From: Eledone cirrhosa
Taxonomy: Eukaryota
NCBI GenBank assembly: GCA_964016885.1
Contig: CAXHJY010001399.1
Span: forward strand, 1 to 64,000
Length of the DNA: 64,000 nt
Direction of reading: 5' to 3'
Part shown: positions 1-15,890 of the stretch, piece by piece
Layout: each line of letters begins with the position of its first letter
How positions within the stretch are numbered: position 1 is the stretch's first letter
Translations under genes and position numbers: made by a program
The notes under the pieces: generated by a model
What the model was told of the DNA's origin: nothing
What the model saw: the letters and a program-made list of their open reading frames with translations, nothing else
Database searches by the model: none

Positions 1-1349
1 TATCCCTGAAAGGTCGGGCGGAGGTGGCGAACACCTACATAGCGTCCGTCATCTACTACCGCCTGACCGTAGTGCCCTGCCCAAGGGAAACCCTCACCAA
101 GATGGAGCGCGCGCTCTTCCAATTCCTTTGGAAGAGGCGGGCTCCTATGGTGAGGAGATCCATCTGCTGTCAACACCCTTCGAAAGGAGGGCTGGGGATG
201 CTGTGGCTAATGATGCGTAAACACGCATTAAGGCTACGGCACCTCTACGTATTCCTCACCGGACAACCGGTGTGGGCCTCGTTTGTGAGACGAACCTTTC
301 CCAGACTCGTCTCACTCACCGAGCTGCAATCCTGGGTCAAGCAAAGACCGAGAAAACTGGGCGCCTGGCACACTGAGTGTGCCCAGGCGCTCACCGGCCC
401 TCTGGCAGGCGGATCCGGTTATCAGTGGAGACTCCACCGCAACATTCTATAGAGGGCTGGTACGCAGCAGGTGCGACGACGCCCTCGGAGAAGCCCTAGA
501 CATGGAGGAGGACGAACTGGCCAGCCTGTTCGGTAGGACATTCAGCCCGGGACCTATGGACAACTTCCAGAAGTCCCTGGCCTGGCAGTGCTACCGAGGG
601 GCTTTACCCGTTCGAGAAAGGCTCTACAGACACGGGCGCCCGGGTAGGGGACCCCCGCCAAAAAGATCTGTCCCAGATGCGTGTGCGACGAGGAAACCGT
701 TGCACACGCATTGGTACACTGCTCGGGCGCAGCCGATCTGTGGGGCTATGTCGAACAACTGCTGTCAAGGGTGGGACCGATCCGGTTGACCACCGAGTCT
801 ATTGTAATGATCAAGCCGCCTCCCCCCCTTCAAAGATGAAGCAGAGGCGGTGTTTCTGTGCGTAATAGCCATGGCGAAAGAGGTTGTATGGTGGACGCGT
901 CTGAAAGGACTGAGGTCAGGTACCTTTCTCTCTGGCCAACAACTGGTCCGTTTCTTCCGATATCATTTCGGAAGAAGGATCAGGATGGAGAGAGAGGTGC
1001 TGCACCCCAGCCGTTTCTATGAAAGGTGGGTGAAAGTGGCGAGAATGGCCCGTGTGAATGGGCCTTCACTCTACATCAGACTATTAGGTGAGGAAGATGA
1101 AAGACCAAGGGAGCACCCCTTCTCTGTGCTCCTGAGGAGAAGGGTTGCACACTTTTTTCGGGGGTGTGTGCGACCCCCCAAGGCGCCTCCTCTCTATTGA
1201 GGATTTTGTTAAAAATTTTATTTTTTGTGATATCTTATTTTATTTTTATATTTTGTTATTGCCTCCTCCTTATTGAGGACGCCTTTTTGTGTAAACTCCC
1301 CCCCTTTGTACTTGTCCCACTTTTGATGCCCTAGTGGCAAATAAAAGAA

Positions 1350-1350
<1 letters not shown>
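1..1350 (+). mobile_element. Tx1/L1-clade non-LTR retrotransposon, 3' part (frameshifted ORF2 C-terminus + 3' UTR)
   Basis: LFQFLWK...RRSICCQHPSKGGLGM post-RT motif and CPRCVCDEETVAHALVHC zinc-binding motif across frameshifts; ends GTGGCAAATAAAAGAAA then (TCTA)n at 1351-1438. Confidence 0.85.
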
Positions 1351-1427
<77 letters not shown>

Positions 1428-1438
1428 ATATCTATCTA

Positions 1439-2431
1439 CTGGGCGCCTGGCACACCGAGTGTGCCCAGGCGCTCACGGCTCTCTGGCAGGCGGACCCGGC
1501 TGTCAGTGGAGAATCCACCTCGTCATTCTATAGAGGGCTGGTGGTTAGCAGGTGCGACGACGCCCTCGGAGAAGCCCTAGGCATGGAGGAAGACGAACTG
1601 GCCAACCTGTTCGGTAGGACATTCAGCCCGGGGACCTATGGATAACTTCCAGAGGTCCCTGGCCTGGCAGTGCTACCGAGGAGCTCTGCCCGTTCGAGAA
1701 AGGCTCTACAGACACGGGCGCCCGGGTAGGGACCCCTCGAAAAAGATCTGTCCCAGATGCGTGTGCGACGAGGAAACCGTTGCACACGCATTGGTACACT
1801 GCTCGGGCATTGCCGATCTGTGGGGCTATGTCGAACGACTGCTGTCACGGATGGGACCGATCCGGTTGACCACCGAGTCTATTGTAACGATCAAGCCGCC
1901 TCCCCTCTTCAAAAAACGAAGGAGAGGCGGTGTTTCTATGCGTAATAGCCATGGTGAAAGAGGTTGTATGGTGGACGCGTCTGAAAGGACTGAGGTCAGA
2001 CACCTTTCTCTCTGGCTAACAACTGGTCCGTTTCTTCCGATATCATTTCGGAAGAAGGATCAGGATGGAGAGAGAGGTGCTCCACCCCAGTCGTTTTTAT
2101 GAAAGGTGGGTGAAAGTGGCGAGAATGGCCCGTGTGAATGGGCCTTCTCTTTACATAAGCCTGTAGGTGGAAAAGAGGAAGGAACGAGGGAGCACCCCCT
2201 CTCAGTGCTCCTGAGGAGAAGGGTTGCACACTTTTTTCGGGGTGTGTGCGACCCCCCAAGGCGCTTCCTCTCTATTGAGGATTTTGTTATAAATTTTATT
2301 TTTTGTTATATTTTATTTTATTTTTATATTTTGTTATTGCCTCCTCCATATTGAGGACGCCTTGTTTTGTAAACCCCCCCCCCCCATTGTACGTGTCCCA
2401 CTTTTGATGTCCTGGTGGCAAATAAAAGAAA
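1439..2431 (+). mobile_element. Second, 5'-truncated Tx1 copy in tandem
   Basis: Highly similar to 357-1350; flanked on both sides by (TCTA)n. Confidence 0.85.
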
Positions 2432-2433
2432 CA

Positions 2434-2476
<43 letters not shown>

Positions 2477-2749
2477 TAAGATATATATAGCCTAACTCGG
2501 ATATTGCGTTTCGCTTTGTTTTCGACCACAGCCGAAATTCGATCTCGCTGAAATTATATTTATATATATATATATGTGTATATGTATAGATTGATTCTTT
2601 TTAGCTTCCCGTCCACACGTAAAATTTGTAAATCAGTGGCTAGTTGAGAGATAGAGTCCTATCGGTTGCCAGTTAATCGCTTTACCGTGTCAGTTATCAC
2701 AAACAGTCATGACTGGCACGGGCCGGTGTTTGGATTATGTCGATCGATA

Positions 2750-2859
2750 CCCGCTGATGAAGCCGCATAAGCCGATTGTGCATTGTTGCATAATATATGC
2801 AGACAGATGGTGCAGTGCACCTTACTGCTGCATTAGTGCTGCAGAAACTCGAGTCCGGG
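2750..2859 (+). ncRNA. Type-I hammerhead ribozyme motif (PLE pLTR remnant ~2590-3008)
   Basis: CCCG-CTGATGA-long imperfect stem II-GAAA-CTCGAG-TC-CGGG; stem III palindrome ACTCGAGT. Confidence 0.75.
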
Positions 2860-3004
2860 AACCTTATAGGCACCCGTTTTACGTGTGTTGTGTTGAGGCA
2901 AATAACTATGTGTATACTCTGGTAATGTATCTTACATTGCCCATTGAGTGCGCTGAGATACAACCGGTACTGGCGTTGATAAATATGCTGGGTCCGTCAA
3001 CCCT

Positions 3005-3075
<71 letters not shown>

Positions 3076-3085
3076 AGTGTATCAA

Positions 3086-3136
<51 letters not shown>

Positions 3137-3286
3137 TATATATATATATATTAGAAAGTGAGGTTTTTTTTACAAAATGAAAAATAACCGAGGTGTCCTA
3201 CACGATTGAAAGTATAAAGAAAAAAAGATGAAATCGAAAATGCAACTGGAGTCTTATTTAAAAAAATATATATATATTTATTTGGT

Positions 3287-3323
3287 TACTTTACCGGTTT
3301 CGCAGTTCTGCTTTTCAAAAGTA
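3287..3323 (-). ncRNA. Minimal hammerhead, U3-A8 core variant
   Basis: Minus strand: TACTT-TTGAAAA-GCAGAACTGC-GAAA-CCGG-TA-AAGTA. Confidence 0.75.
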
Positions 3324-3357
3324 GAGTTGAGATGGAGGGTCTGTGGTTTTTCTCACA

Positions 3358-3425
<68 letters not shown>

Positions 3426-3513
3426 AATCATTTGTATTTAAAAGACTGAGTGAAATTTGAAAATTGAATTAAAAGATTTCGTCATATTTTTTTACAGAAA
3501 ATAGTCTAACAGT

Positions 3514-3547
<34 letters not shown>

Positions 3548-3553
3548 ACACGC

Positions 3554-3604
<51 letters not shown>

Positions 3605-3717
3605 CACACACACACACGCACACGCACACACACACACACACACGCACACGCACACACACGCACACGCACACGCACACACACACGCACGCACACGCACACA
3701 CACACGCACACACACGC

Positions 3718-3784
<67 letters not shown>
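3514..3784. repeat. (CA)n/(CACG)n microsatellite
   Basis: Direct read. Confidence 0.95.
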
Positions 3785-3789
<5 letters not shown>

Positions 3790-3790
<1 letters not shown>

Positions 3791-3912
3791 ACGAAGGAAT
3801 TGTGGTTAGGAACCAGATGGACCATAACGCACCAAAGTACTCAATACTTAGGGTAGTAGAGATAGCCGTCGAAACGGCTTGAGCTCTGCCGTCGGGGTCA
3901 TACTTGTTCCTA
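3790..3912. mobile_element. Deleted copy of the short fold-back element also at 31219-31411 and 49536-49722
   Basis: Shares tail AACGAAGGAATTGTGG..GGTAGTAGAG and arm TAGCCGTCGAAACGGCTTGAGCTC..TTCCTA; TA-flanked. Confidence 0.75.
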
Positions 3913-4119
3913 TATATATATATACACAAATACTCAGCTGTAGAAATGAGTACCGTCCTGCTCGCCCAGCCAGTGGGATGGCGTTATCTTATGGCTAAAA
4001 CAGCACGATGTGCTGTGACCAGCGGCACCGGTTGACGCCCGACAGACCGGTCGGTCAAGGTGATCAAGGTGATATACACAAATATATATATATAAATATA
4101 TATATATACAATATATATA

Positions 4120-4166
<47 letters not shown>

Positions 4167-4172
<6 letters not shown>

Positions 4173-4698
4173 TAAATCATGTCTATAGAATCATCAGATA
4201 TTAAAATATATACTATTTCTTCTTCTAATTAGCATAATTAACCATATACAAAATCAAATCTAGCAAGCTTTAAGAATAAATTTTCTTATGGGGAAATCTC
4301 CGACAAACAATTGATCGTAGCCTCTTCGCGGCAGCCCCGTTCCATAATTACGGTATGTGCGCCTTTCTTCTAAGTTTAATTTTACTACTAATTGTGTGTG
4401 GTTGATGGTATACTTGGTTGGATTCTGCATGCTGCCGAAATGTTGGATAAATAATGGAACGGGGCTGCCGCGAAGAGGCTACAATCAATTGTTTGTCGAA
4501 GATTTCCCCATAAGAAAATTTATTCTTAAAGCTTGCTAGATTTGATTTTGTATATGGTTAATTATGCTAATTAGAAGAAGAAATAGTATATATTTTAATA
4601 TCTGATGATTCTATAGACATGATTTATGATATAATGCTCTGATTTTTTGATTTTAATTTATTAATTCTTCATTGAGCTTAAAAGTGAACAGTTGCAAC
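4167..4698. mobile_element. Fold-back PLE-like remnant: inverted arms ~4167-4345/4454-4632 plus right-hand tail
   Basis: ~180-bp inverted repeat with a few mismatches, TA-flanked; minus frame KLNLEERRTYRNYGTGLPRRGY loosely resembles a PLE GIY-YIG C-terminus. Confidence 0.7.
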
Positions 4699-4745
4699 AT
4701 ATATATATCTTTAATTTTATGTATATGATAACCTTTATATATATA

Positions 4746-4962
4746 GGAACGATCGACGTTCGTCAAATCGGACCGAGGGAACAATGTTTCCGTTGGTCTT
4801 TCCAATTGCTAATACTATCTATCGGTCGCAACTCCGGGTAGAAGGAGCAACGTGAAATAAAGTGTCTTGCTCAAGGACATAACGCATCGCCTGGTCCAGG
4901 AATCGAACTCACAACCTTACGATTGCGAATCCAATTCTCTAACCACTTAGCCACACGCCTTC

Positions 4963-4964
<2 letters not shown>
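4746..4964 (-). mobile_element. tRNA-derived SINE (family B)
   Basis: Reverse copy of 27875-28092 with A- and B-box; TA-flanked. Confidence 0.85.
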
Positions 4965-5040
<76 letters not shown>

Positions 5041-5094
5041 CAGTGAAATTCTGTTATAAAGAAATTGACGGGGTAAAAAAAGATTCGTTGTAAC

Positions 5095-5161
<67 letters not shown>

Positions 5162-5197
5162 TATAAATATTAATTAAATAGATGTTCTTTTGATCAA

Positions 5198-5258
5198 TTA
5201 TATTTTATTATACATCTTTCGGATGTACAACAGTACGTCCTCATCAGACAAAATATAA
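5198..5258 (-). ncRNA. Type-I hammerhead motif
   Basis: Minus: TATATTTTGT-CTGATGA-GGACGTAC(TGTT)GTACATCC-GAAA-GATGTA-TA-ATAAAATATA. Confidence 0.8.
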
Positions 5259-5325
5259 TGATACATGATATATCCTACTGTAAAACTCATTCTTTGATAT
5301 ACTCATTGAATTTTGTTTAACTCTT

Positions 5326-5361
<36 letters not shown>

Positions 5362-5472
5362 CTCCAGTTCCTCAGTGAATTAACAACCAAACAAGGAACT
5401 GGGCATATCAGAGTATTGACAATATTATACACCTAAACAACATATGTACTTGTCTATACCATACTAATTCAA

Positions 5473-5527
5473 ACTGCCTGAAGAGGTCACAGCCAAAGAT
5501 GGCTGTCACTGAAATATATATAGCAGT
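5473..5527 (+). ncRNA. Type-I hammerhead motif
   Basis: ACTGC-CTGAAGA-GGTCACAGCC(AAAGAT)GGCTGTCACT-GAAA-TATATA-TA-GCAGT. Confidence 0.8.
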
Positions 5528-5736
5528 AATAAACGAAGCTAAATTTTAATCATTTGACTTTTATTTAACTTTATTTTATATATATATATATATTTATTAA
5601 TATAACAGATTAAAGTTTAAGCAAAGAATCGCTGCTTTCACCCTTAACGGGATCTTCTGAAACTAACAAAGTCAATCTGTAAACGCAGAACTGGATATTT
5701 CAAAAAACGTTGCAACCGGAGGAAGACAGGAAGACG

Positions 5737-5933
<197 letters not shown>

Positions 5934-6127
5934 TATATATATATAAAGTGACAATAAGAATTGCAACTTTTTGTAAACTTTATTACATATTACAAATTGT
6001 TTCCATATTGATCAAGCCGGGTTTGATCATGTGACCGGATCCTAAGCCTTCTAATACCCCCCCCCCCATATATATATATATATATATATAATATAAGATC
6101 AAAAGATGGTTAAAGGAGTTCAATATA

Positions 6128-6194
6128 TTTTATTATGCGCATTTCAAAAACAAACATCATCAAACAATAATATTTGTGTTTTCATCAGATAAAA
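6128..6194 (-). ncRNA. Type-I hammerhead (mirror of 6306-6372)
   Basis: Reverse complement of 6306-6372. Confidence 0.8.
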
Positions 6195-6305
6195 CAGGAG
6201 AACATGATATGAAGGCTAAAAAAACACTTGTTGATAGTGCAGTTTTAAATAAAAAAACTGCACTATCAACAAGTGTTTTTTTAGCCTTCATATCATGTTC
6301 TCCTG

Positions 6306-6372
6306 TTTTATCTGATGAAAACACAAATATTATTGTTTGATGATGTTTGTTTTTGAAATGCGCATAATAAAA
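6306..6372 (+). ncRNA. Type-I hammerhead motif
   Basis: TTTTAT-CTGATGA-AAAC...GTTTTT-GAAA-TGCGCA-TA-ATAAAA; palindrome ATGCGCAT. Confidence 0.8.
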
Positions 6373-6495
6373 TATATTGAACTCCTTTAACCATCTTTTG
6401 ATCTTATATTATGCATACTCCAGTCCCACAAACTGTAGAGTGCTTCTTATCCGATATCTGCATTGCTTTATTGTACTACAATAAAACTCACCTCC

Positions 6496-6535
<40 letters not shown>

Positions 6536-6543
6536 CAGGATTT

Positions 6544-6604
6544 TTTCATTCTGATGATTGAAAGCAACATTTTTTTGCTTTTAAGAAACCACTGGTAAAT
6601 GGAA
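6544..6604 (+). ncRNA. Type-I hammerhead motif
   Basis: TTTCATT-CTGATGA-TTGAAAGCAA..TTGCTTTTAA-GAAA-CCACTGG-TA-AATGGAA. Confidence 0.8.
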
Positions 6605-6629
6605 TAATTGCCTTATGATGATTACTACA

Positions 6630-6696
<67 letters not shown>

Positions 6697-6735
6697 TATA
6701 TATATATATATATATATTTATTATATATATATATT

Positions 6736-6816
<81 letters not shown>

Positions 6817-7004
6817 AAGAATGAATGATAAAACAGGTAGACATCATAAAAAGGTAATTTATTCCGAGTGCTTACAAATGTTTCTTTAGTAGTTACACAG
6901 CTATGTGCAAATTGGTAGTTATTTATTTGCAGATACTCAATTTTCAATATTTTCTTCTTGATGCTGATTGTTGCAGGCAAGCAAAAAAAAAACGGTTCAT
7001 CAAT

Positions 7005-9559
<2,555 letters not shown>

Positions 9560-9824
9560 TTCATTCGTAAGAAATCATCAGGAAAATCAGGCAATTTTTG
9601 TCAGCTTCTGTATTTATATTTTCCTTTTAATGGGTGTTGGGAGAGGGGATTAAAGGGGAAAGGTTGAGAGTGGGGGATGGATGAATAGGCAGAAGGATGT
9701 GATGTAGTAGGGGATGGAGTGAAGGTGAAGTTAGAAGAAGAGGAAGAAGAAGAAGAAAAAGAAAAGAGAAAGAAGAAATAGAAAAAGAAGACGAGGTGAT
9801 GAGTAATATGAGGAAGAATGTCAG

Positions 9825-10294
9825 CTTAAACTGAAAATATATTTTGATAGAAAACGATTCCAGTCAGAATATTAAATACTTGAGAAGAGAGAACGGAATG
9901 TAAAATAAGAAAACATAAGAAAAAAGATTGGGGAGAGGTGGGGTGATTGGGCTCTGGGCCTAGGGCACGGTGGTAAAGGGACTGGGCCCCGGGGACAAGA
10001 CTGCAAAAGCATTCCCGCAGACAATGGCCAGCGACACCCGCTGCAACAGCCACCACCTCGCATGACCCCTTCCTCAGACGGGCCGCCGATGTTCCGATCT
10101 CGCGGGGGAGCTCGACAGTACCGGGTCCGAGTACCCCCTGAGGTCTCGACGGTGACCGATGTGAAGGGTAAGTGACCGGACAATCTCCGGTATTTGTTTA
10201 TCTTTCTTTCCTCTACATGGCAGGGGGTCGTGGTAGCGGGGCTTGTGGCCGAAGCTATTAAGTTGGAAGCGGAAAAGGTGTATGGAAAAACCAT
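9825..10294 (-). mobile_element. CRE-clade non-LTR retrotransposon 3' fragment (restriction-like endonuclease C-terminus)
   Basis: TFSASNLIASA..EERKINKY..VTVETSG, then frameshifted LGPGT..REIG and WLLQRVSLAIVCGNA. Confidence 0.75.
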
Positions 10295-10786
10295 TGAATT
10301 CCAGTTATTTCCAGTTAATTCCAGAAATGTCTATAAAATCTAGAATATCGTATTTCTGGAAACTAACATACCACGTGAATGAGAAGAAACGAAAACCTGG
10401 TGATACCGCTTGAAGCGTGTCAGGGGACAACATAGCCACACACACACATACACATACAACACATACACACACATACGTACATGCACATACCCCCCCCCCC
10501 CACGCGCGCGCCACTATGAAATTAATTGTAAATGTAATTAACCGTTAGAAAGAAATCGTTTCCTCGCGTTTATCACAGGAATTCTGCAAAATAGTGAAAT
10601 AAAATATCTTCTTGAAGAAATAACTGTTGTGTAATGAGGATGAGTCCTGCTACATATGTGGTGCCAGCTGAAGTCCTGGTCGTTGATACAGCTAAAGGGG
10701 TGGTTCTGCTGCTGGTGGTGGTTATAACAAAAATATTGTGTGAGCGGTCGAAGTTCGGGATCTTTGAGAATTAGGGCCATGTTTGG

Positions 10787-11660
10787 TCTTCTTCTTCTTC
10801 TTCTTCTTCTTTTTCTTTTTCTTCTTCTTCTTCTTCTTCTTCTTCTTCTTCTTCTTTTTCTTCTTCTTCTTCTTCTTCTTCTTCTTCTTCTTTTTTTTCT
10901 TCTTCTTTTTCTTCTTCTTCTTGTTTTTCTTCTTCTTCTTCTTCTTCTTCTTCTTCTTCTTCTTCTTCTTTTTCTTCTTCTTCTTCTTTTTCTTTTTCTT
11001 CTTTTTCTTTTTCTTCTTCTTCTTCTTCTTCTTCTTCTTTTTTTTCTTCTTCTTCTTCTTCTTCTTCTTCTTCTTCTTCTTCTTCTTCTTCTTTTTCTTC
11101 TTCTTCTTGTTTTTCTTCTTCTTCTTCTTCTTCTTCTTCTTCTTCTTCTTCTTCTTCTTCTTTTTCTTTTTCTTCTTCTTTTTTTCTCTTTCTTTTTCTT
11201 CTTCTTCTTTTTTCTTTTTCTTCTTTTTCTTTTTCTTCTTCTTCTTCTTCTTCTTCTTCTTCTTCTTCTTCTTCTTCTTCTTCTCTTTCTTCTTCTTCTT
11301 CTTCTTCTTCTTCTTCTTCTTTTTCTTCTTCTTCTTGTTTTTCTTCTTCTTCTTCTTCTTCTTCTTCTTCTTCTTCTTCTTCTTCTTCTTCTTTTTCTTT
11401 TTCTTCTTCTTTTTTTCTCTTTCTTTTTCTTCTTCTTCTTCTTTTTTCTTTTTCTTTTTCTTCTTTTTCTTTTTCTTCTTCTTCTTCTTCTTCTTCTTCT
11501 TCTTCTTCTTCTCTTTCTTCTTCTTCTTTTTCTTCTTCTTCGTCTTCTTCTTTTTCTTCTTCTTCTTCGTCTTCTTCTTCTTCTTCGTCTTCTTCGTCTT
11601 CTTCTTCTTCTTCTTTATCTTCTTCTTCTTCTTCTTCTTCTTCTTCTTCTTCTTCTTCTT
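10787..11660. repeat. Expanded (TTC)n/(GAA)n tract with internal block duplications
   Basis: Direct read; abuts 3' end of the RTE fragment. Confidence 0.95.
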
Positions 11661-11982
11661 CCTGAGTGGGTCCTGCCAGAAGCAACCGTCTCCAACTAAC
11701 CCGGCTGGATCCCCAAGCGAGACCAGCCAAGCCAAGCTCATAGATGTTATCCAACCATCTTGCTCGGGGTCTACCCCTGGGTCTCCTGCCGTAAAATCTT
11801 TTCAGCGATTCTTTCCTGAGATACTCTAACCACATATCCACAGTATCGGAGCTGTGATCTCTCCACCCGGAGAAATAGGGGCTCTAGCTGGAGTGACTCT
11901 CTGATCTCCGAGCTATGCATTTTATTGAGTAACCTTACTCCAAAGACCCTTCGGAGGAACCCCATTTCAGCCGCTTGTATTT
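11661..11982 (-). mobile_element. RTE (Expander/Rex3-like) 3' fragment with (GAA)n tail
   Basis: MGFLRRVFG..EIRESLQLEPL..ERSQLR; GRRPRGRPRARWLD. Confidence 0.85.
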
Positions 11983-12077
11983 CCCGTCAGTGAATTTACA
12001 ATGTTACAAGAAAAAAAAAGACAAAACAAAAATGGCGTACTGATCTCTTTTGGCATTGTTAGTCTTCTTGTCGTGTC

Positions 12078-12889
12078 CAGAGGTATAACGAGGGAAAATA
12101 GCCCCTATGGCAGCAGTGAAATTGTGCCCCTGTCCAGAGGCATAACTAGGTAAAATAGCCCTTATGGCAAGCAATGAAATTGTGCCCCTGCCCAGAGGTA
12201 TAACGAGGGAAAATAGCCCCTATGGCAAGTAGTGAAATTGTGCCCCTGCCTAGAGGCATAACTAGGTAAAATAGCCCCTATGGCAAGCTGTGAAATTGTG
12301 CCCCTGTCCAGAGGCATAACTAGGTAAAATAGCCCCTATGGCAAGCTGTGAAATTGCGCCCCTGCCCAGAGGCATAACTAGGTAAAATAGCCCCTATGGC
12401 AAGCTGTGAAATTGCGCCCCTGCCCAGAGGCATAACTAGGTAAAATAGCCCCTATGGCAAGCAGTGAAATTGCACCCCTGCCCAGAGGCATAACTAGGTA
12501 AAATAGCCCCTATGGCAAGCAGTGAAATTGTGCCCCTGCCCAGAGGCATAACTAGGGAAAATAGCTCCTATTACAAGCAGTGAAATTGCACCCCTACCCA
12601 GAGGCATAACTAGGTAAAATAGCCCCTATGGCAAGCTGTGAAATTGCACCCCTGCCCAGCACTGTATTTTAATCTATGGAGGTCTATAATCTATATAAAT
12701 GGTTTAATGATCCAGCCACCATAGTGTTCTCACCCATGATAGAGACAGATCATACAGCTGAAGGAGTTTCTTTTTTCACTCTCTGATGATAGCTTATCTG
12801 ACTTTAATAGAACCTGCTGTCCAAGTGCGCCCCCTTCATGTGACGCCCATAGCACGTGTCATGCTTGCCATACCTTAGTTACGCCTCTG
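12078..12889. mobile_element. hAT-like MITE whose 5' ~59 bp is amplified to ~10 tandem copies
   Basis: TIR CAGAGGCATAACTAGG / CCTTAGTTACGCCTCTG; degenerate 8-bp TSD GTCGTGTC/GTCGTATG; array 12078-12660. Confidence 0.7.
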
Positions 12890-13092
12890 GTCGTATGACA
12901 TATACTCAATAGTTAAAGAGGTAGGTCGGTATCTATAAAAGTACCAGTAATATATGGTGTTAGATGCAGTCGTGTTAGATGTAAAACCTTTCTGAAACAC
13001 ATTCACAACTATATTATGTCAAGTATGGGAATATTTCATTAAAAATGTTGATTGTATTACATTTATTTGTATGTTTGTAAGTTTGTATGTAT

Positions 13093-13301
13093 ATTGCTTT
13101 ATATCTGGAGATCTCTCTGCACTTGTCGTCACATGGTACCATGGGCCCAGCACTATGTGTCAATAATTGTGTAGTGTTTGTACCAGAGTTTTCAAGTCGC
13201 TGGCTGGACTAAAAGGTCACACTCGTTCAGCGCATCGGTAGGGGTTCTCCTACATGGATATGAAGTAGTGGCCGTACTCGAAAACGAGTTGGCAGCCACC
13301 A
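13093..13301 (+). mobile_element. Non-autonomous RTE 3' fragment; further 3' stub at 13488-13527
   Basis: Matches 52050-52265; ends GGCAGCCACCA + (TATG)n. Confidence 0.85.
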
Positions 13302-13609
13302 TGTATGTATGTATATATGTATGAAAAAAGGAAAAGAATGACTTCATTTGTAGTTGGTATTCTATTACAATTTAATTTCATAATTTTACAATTCAATAAT
13401 TTTATAATTTTGCTATGTAGATCTAATAAATCCTTTGTTAACTTCGGTGGAGAGTTTTTCTTAAAAATCCTGATTAACTCTTTCCAGAAAGTAGTGGCTG
13501 TACTCGAAAACGAGTTGGCAACCACCATGTATGTATGTATGTATGTATGTATGTATGTATGTATGTATGTATGTATGTATGTATGTATGTATGTATGTAT
13601 GTATGTATG

Positions 13610-14297
13610 TTCTTCTGGTTTTATAATTTCACAAATTGTTTCCCAATAGAGAGAGAGTCAGTTTCTAACATAGACACAAGACTCTCTCATTGGAATTTAC
13701 ACATCAACTAGGTAGATTATGTCTGCATGTCTGCATGTGTAGATATGGATGTTATTGTATGTGTGTATGTGTATGTTTTGAGTTGTATGTGTGCATGTGT
13801 ATATGCTTTGTATCTGTACATGTGTATATGCAGTTATTAGATGCAACATTTTTGGAATGTTTTACATATTTTCACTGTTCCATTAATGGATTGTACTTGT
13901 AATTTCCTAACTAGTTGTGTTCTTTCTGTTCCTGTGAAGCCCAGCTTCTCAAGATTTGTATTGAGGCAGTTACTAACATACCCCAGTGCCCCAATAACCA
14001 CAGACATAAATCTGAAGGAATAATCAGGGTGGAGTATCTGCAGATTTCTCATTAGTTCTGCATAGATATTCTCCTTTTCCCTAATCTTTGATATTATATT
14101 GGCATCTGCTGGGCAGCTAATTTCCACTACTGTGCATGCTTTCTTCTCCCTGTCCCATATCATAATATCTGGTCTGTTATGCCTGAATTTTATTGGGGTT
14201 TTTACTGGAACATTCCACCAGTACTCTTTCATATTATGTATATGTATGGCTTCCACATTGCTGTAGCTTTTAATGTGTTTATTATCGTATGTTTTAA
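13610..14297 (-). mobile_element. R4/Dong-clade LINE 3' fragment (RLE domain + 3' UTR)
   Basis: YWWNVPVKT..HNRPDIMIWD..VVEISCP..KENIY..VIGALG; (CATA)n on both sides. Confidence 0.9.
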
Positions 14298-14751
14298 TGT
14301 ATGTATGTATGTATGTATGTATGTATGTATGTATGTATGTATGTATGTATGTACATAAGTATATAAGTATGTATGTATGTATGTATGTATGTATGTATGT
14401 ATGTATGTATGTATGTATGTATCCATAACTGGTGATGGAGTCTTGGGGCGTCCAACTAGAAAACTTCACTAGAAATTCAATCTTCAAATATAAGTCAGTT
14501 GTATAAAAAAAGGGGGACAGAAAAAAAGTAAATTTCAAATCCAATAAGTAAACCCCATTAAAAACACATGGGAACTTATAGTCATAATATAAATATTAAT
14601 CTACCCCAAATTTGCCGAAAGGCAGACCCATGTAAATAGGCGAGGAATTGGCAGAATCGTTAGAACGTCCGTTTGAATAACCTGGTAGGACCCATTCCAT
14701 CGCCAGGTCTGAATACAACCAGAGAGGGAGATTTAGAGAGAGAGAGAAGTT

Positions 14752-14793
<42 letters not shown>

Positions 14794-15047
14794 GATTTAG
14801 AGAAAGAGAGAGAGGGAGAGAGAGAGAGAGATTTAGAGAAAGAGAGAGAGGGAGAGAGAGAGTATTCGTTCCAGTTTGCTATTCTCTGAGTTCAAATCTC
14901 GCATGTTGTGTTTGCCTTTAATGTACATCATACAATAATGGAGGACGACATTTCAACGGAAGTCAGCAAATCTGTGTATTTTGTTGATCTACAAGTCACA
15001 ACGGTTAATATATGTAGTCGTTAAGACTATTAAAATAACATTATTTC

Positions 15048-15440
15048 TGGTGGATTTGCAGTATCGGTAGAGGGTCGGACGCCATGCTTTCCAGCATAGT
15101 TACCTCCCTGTATGATCTGAGTTCAAATCCCGCCGAGGTTGACTTTGCCTTTCATCCTTCCGGGGTCGATAGAATAAAGTACCAGCAATGCACTGGGTAA
15201 TTGCTGGCCTTGTGTCTAAAGTAGAAACAATTATTTCTGGTAAGGCGGTGGATTGGCAGTATCGGTAGAGGTTCGGATGCCATGCTTTGAAGCATAGAGT
15301 TACCTCCCTGTATGATCTGAGTTCAAATCCCGCCGAGGTTAACTTTGCCTTTCATCCTTCCGGGGTCGATAGAATAAAGTACCAGTAATGCACTGGGTAA
15401 TTGCTGGCCTTGTGTCTAAAGTAGAAACAATTATTTCTGG
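15048..15440 (+). mobile_element. Two tandem SINEs (family A)
   Basis: GGATTGGCAGTATCGGTAGA..GAGTTCAAATCC B-box..GCCTTTCATCCTTCCGGGGTCGATA central domain..GTAGAAACAATTATT. Confidence 0.85.
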
Positions 15441-15675
15441 TAATGTTTGTTTTAACAATATCTAGTTTTAGTTTGGTTTATTTAACATGAATCTGAATAG
15501 AAAGCCTTTTAATTAAAAAATATACACGTCACCCAATAACACAGGAATAGGCTACGTAGCCGGTCCTGGCAATATAGACAAACATGCTTTTAAAGCTTAT
15601 TTTACCGGTAAACTCCAAAGGGACGCAACTCTAGCCGGGTGTCTCGGAAGCTTATTTAATAAATAGTGTTTTAGA

Positions 15676-15890
15676 ACCCAGGTGATGACTACTATCTTTA
15701 ACCCAGGTGATGACTACTATCTTTAACCCAGGTGATGACTACTATCTTTAACCCAGGTGATGACTACTATCTTTAACCCAGGTGATGACTACTATCTTTA
15801 ACCCAGGTGATGACTACTATCTTTAACCCAGGTGATGACTACTATCTTTAACCCAGGTGATGACTACTATCTTTAACCCAGGTCGTGACT
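15676..15890. repeat. 25-bp minisatellite AACCCAGGTGATGACTACTATCTTT (~8 copies)
   Basis: Direct read. Confidence 0.95.

Larger units (their letters stand above)
6088..6498. mobile_element. Fold-back PLE pLTR: 159-bp arms 6088-6246/6254-6412 plus tail 6413-6498
   Basis: Essentially perfect palindrome with 7-nt loop, (TA)n both sides; one hammerhead per arm. Confidence 0.85.

Noticed and set aside
4601-4645. CTGATGA in the 4167 fold-back as a hammerhead
   Set aside because: No downstream GAAA or stem I partner found
10722-11841. Poly-K/E/L/F ORFs of 319-356 aa
   Set aside because: Translations of the (TTC)n tract and the adjacent RTE fragment
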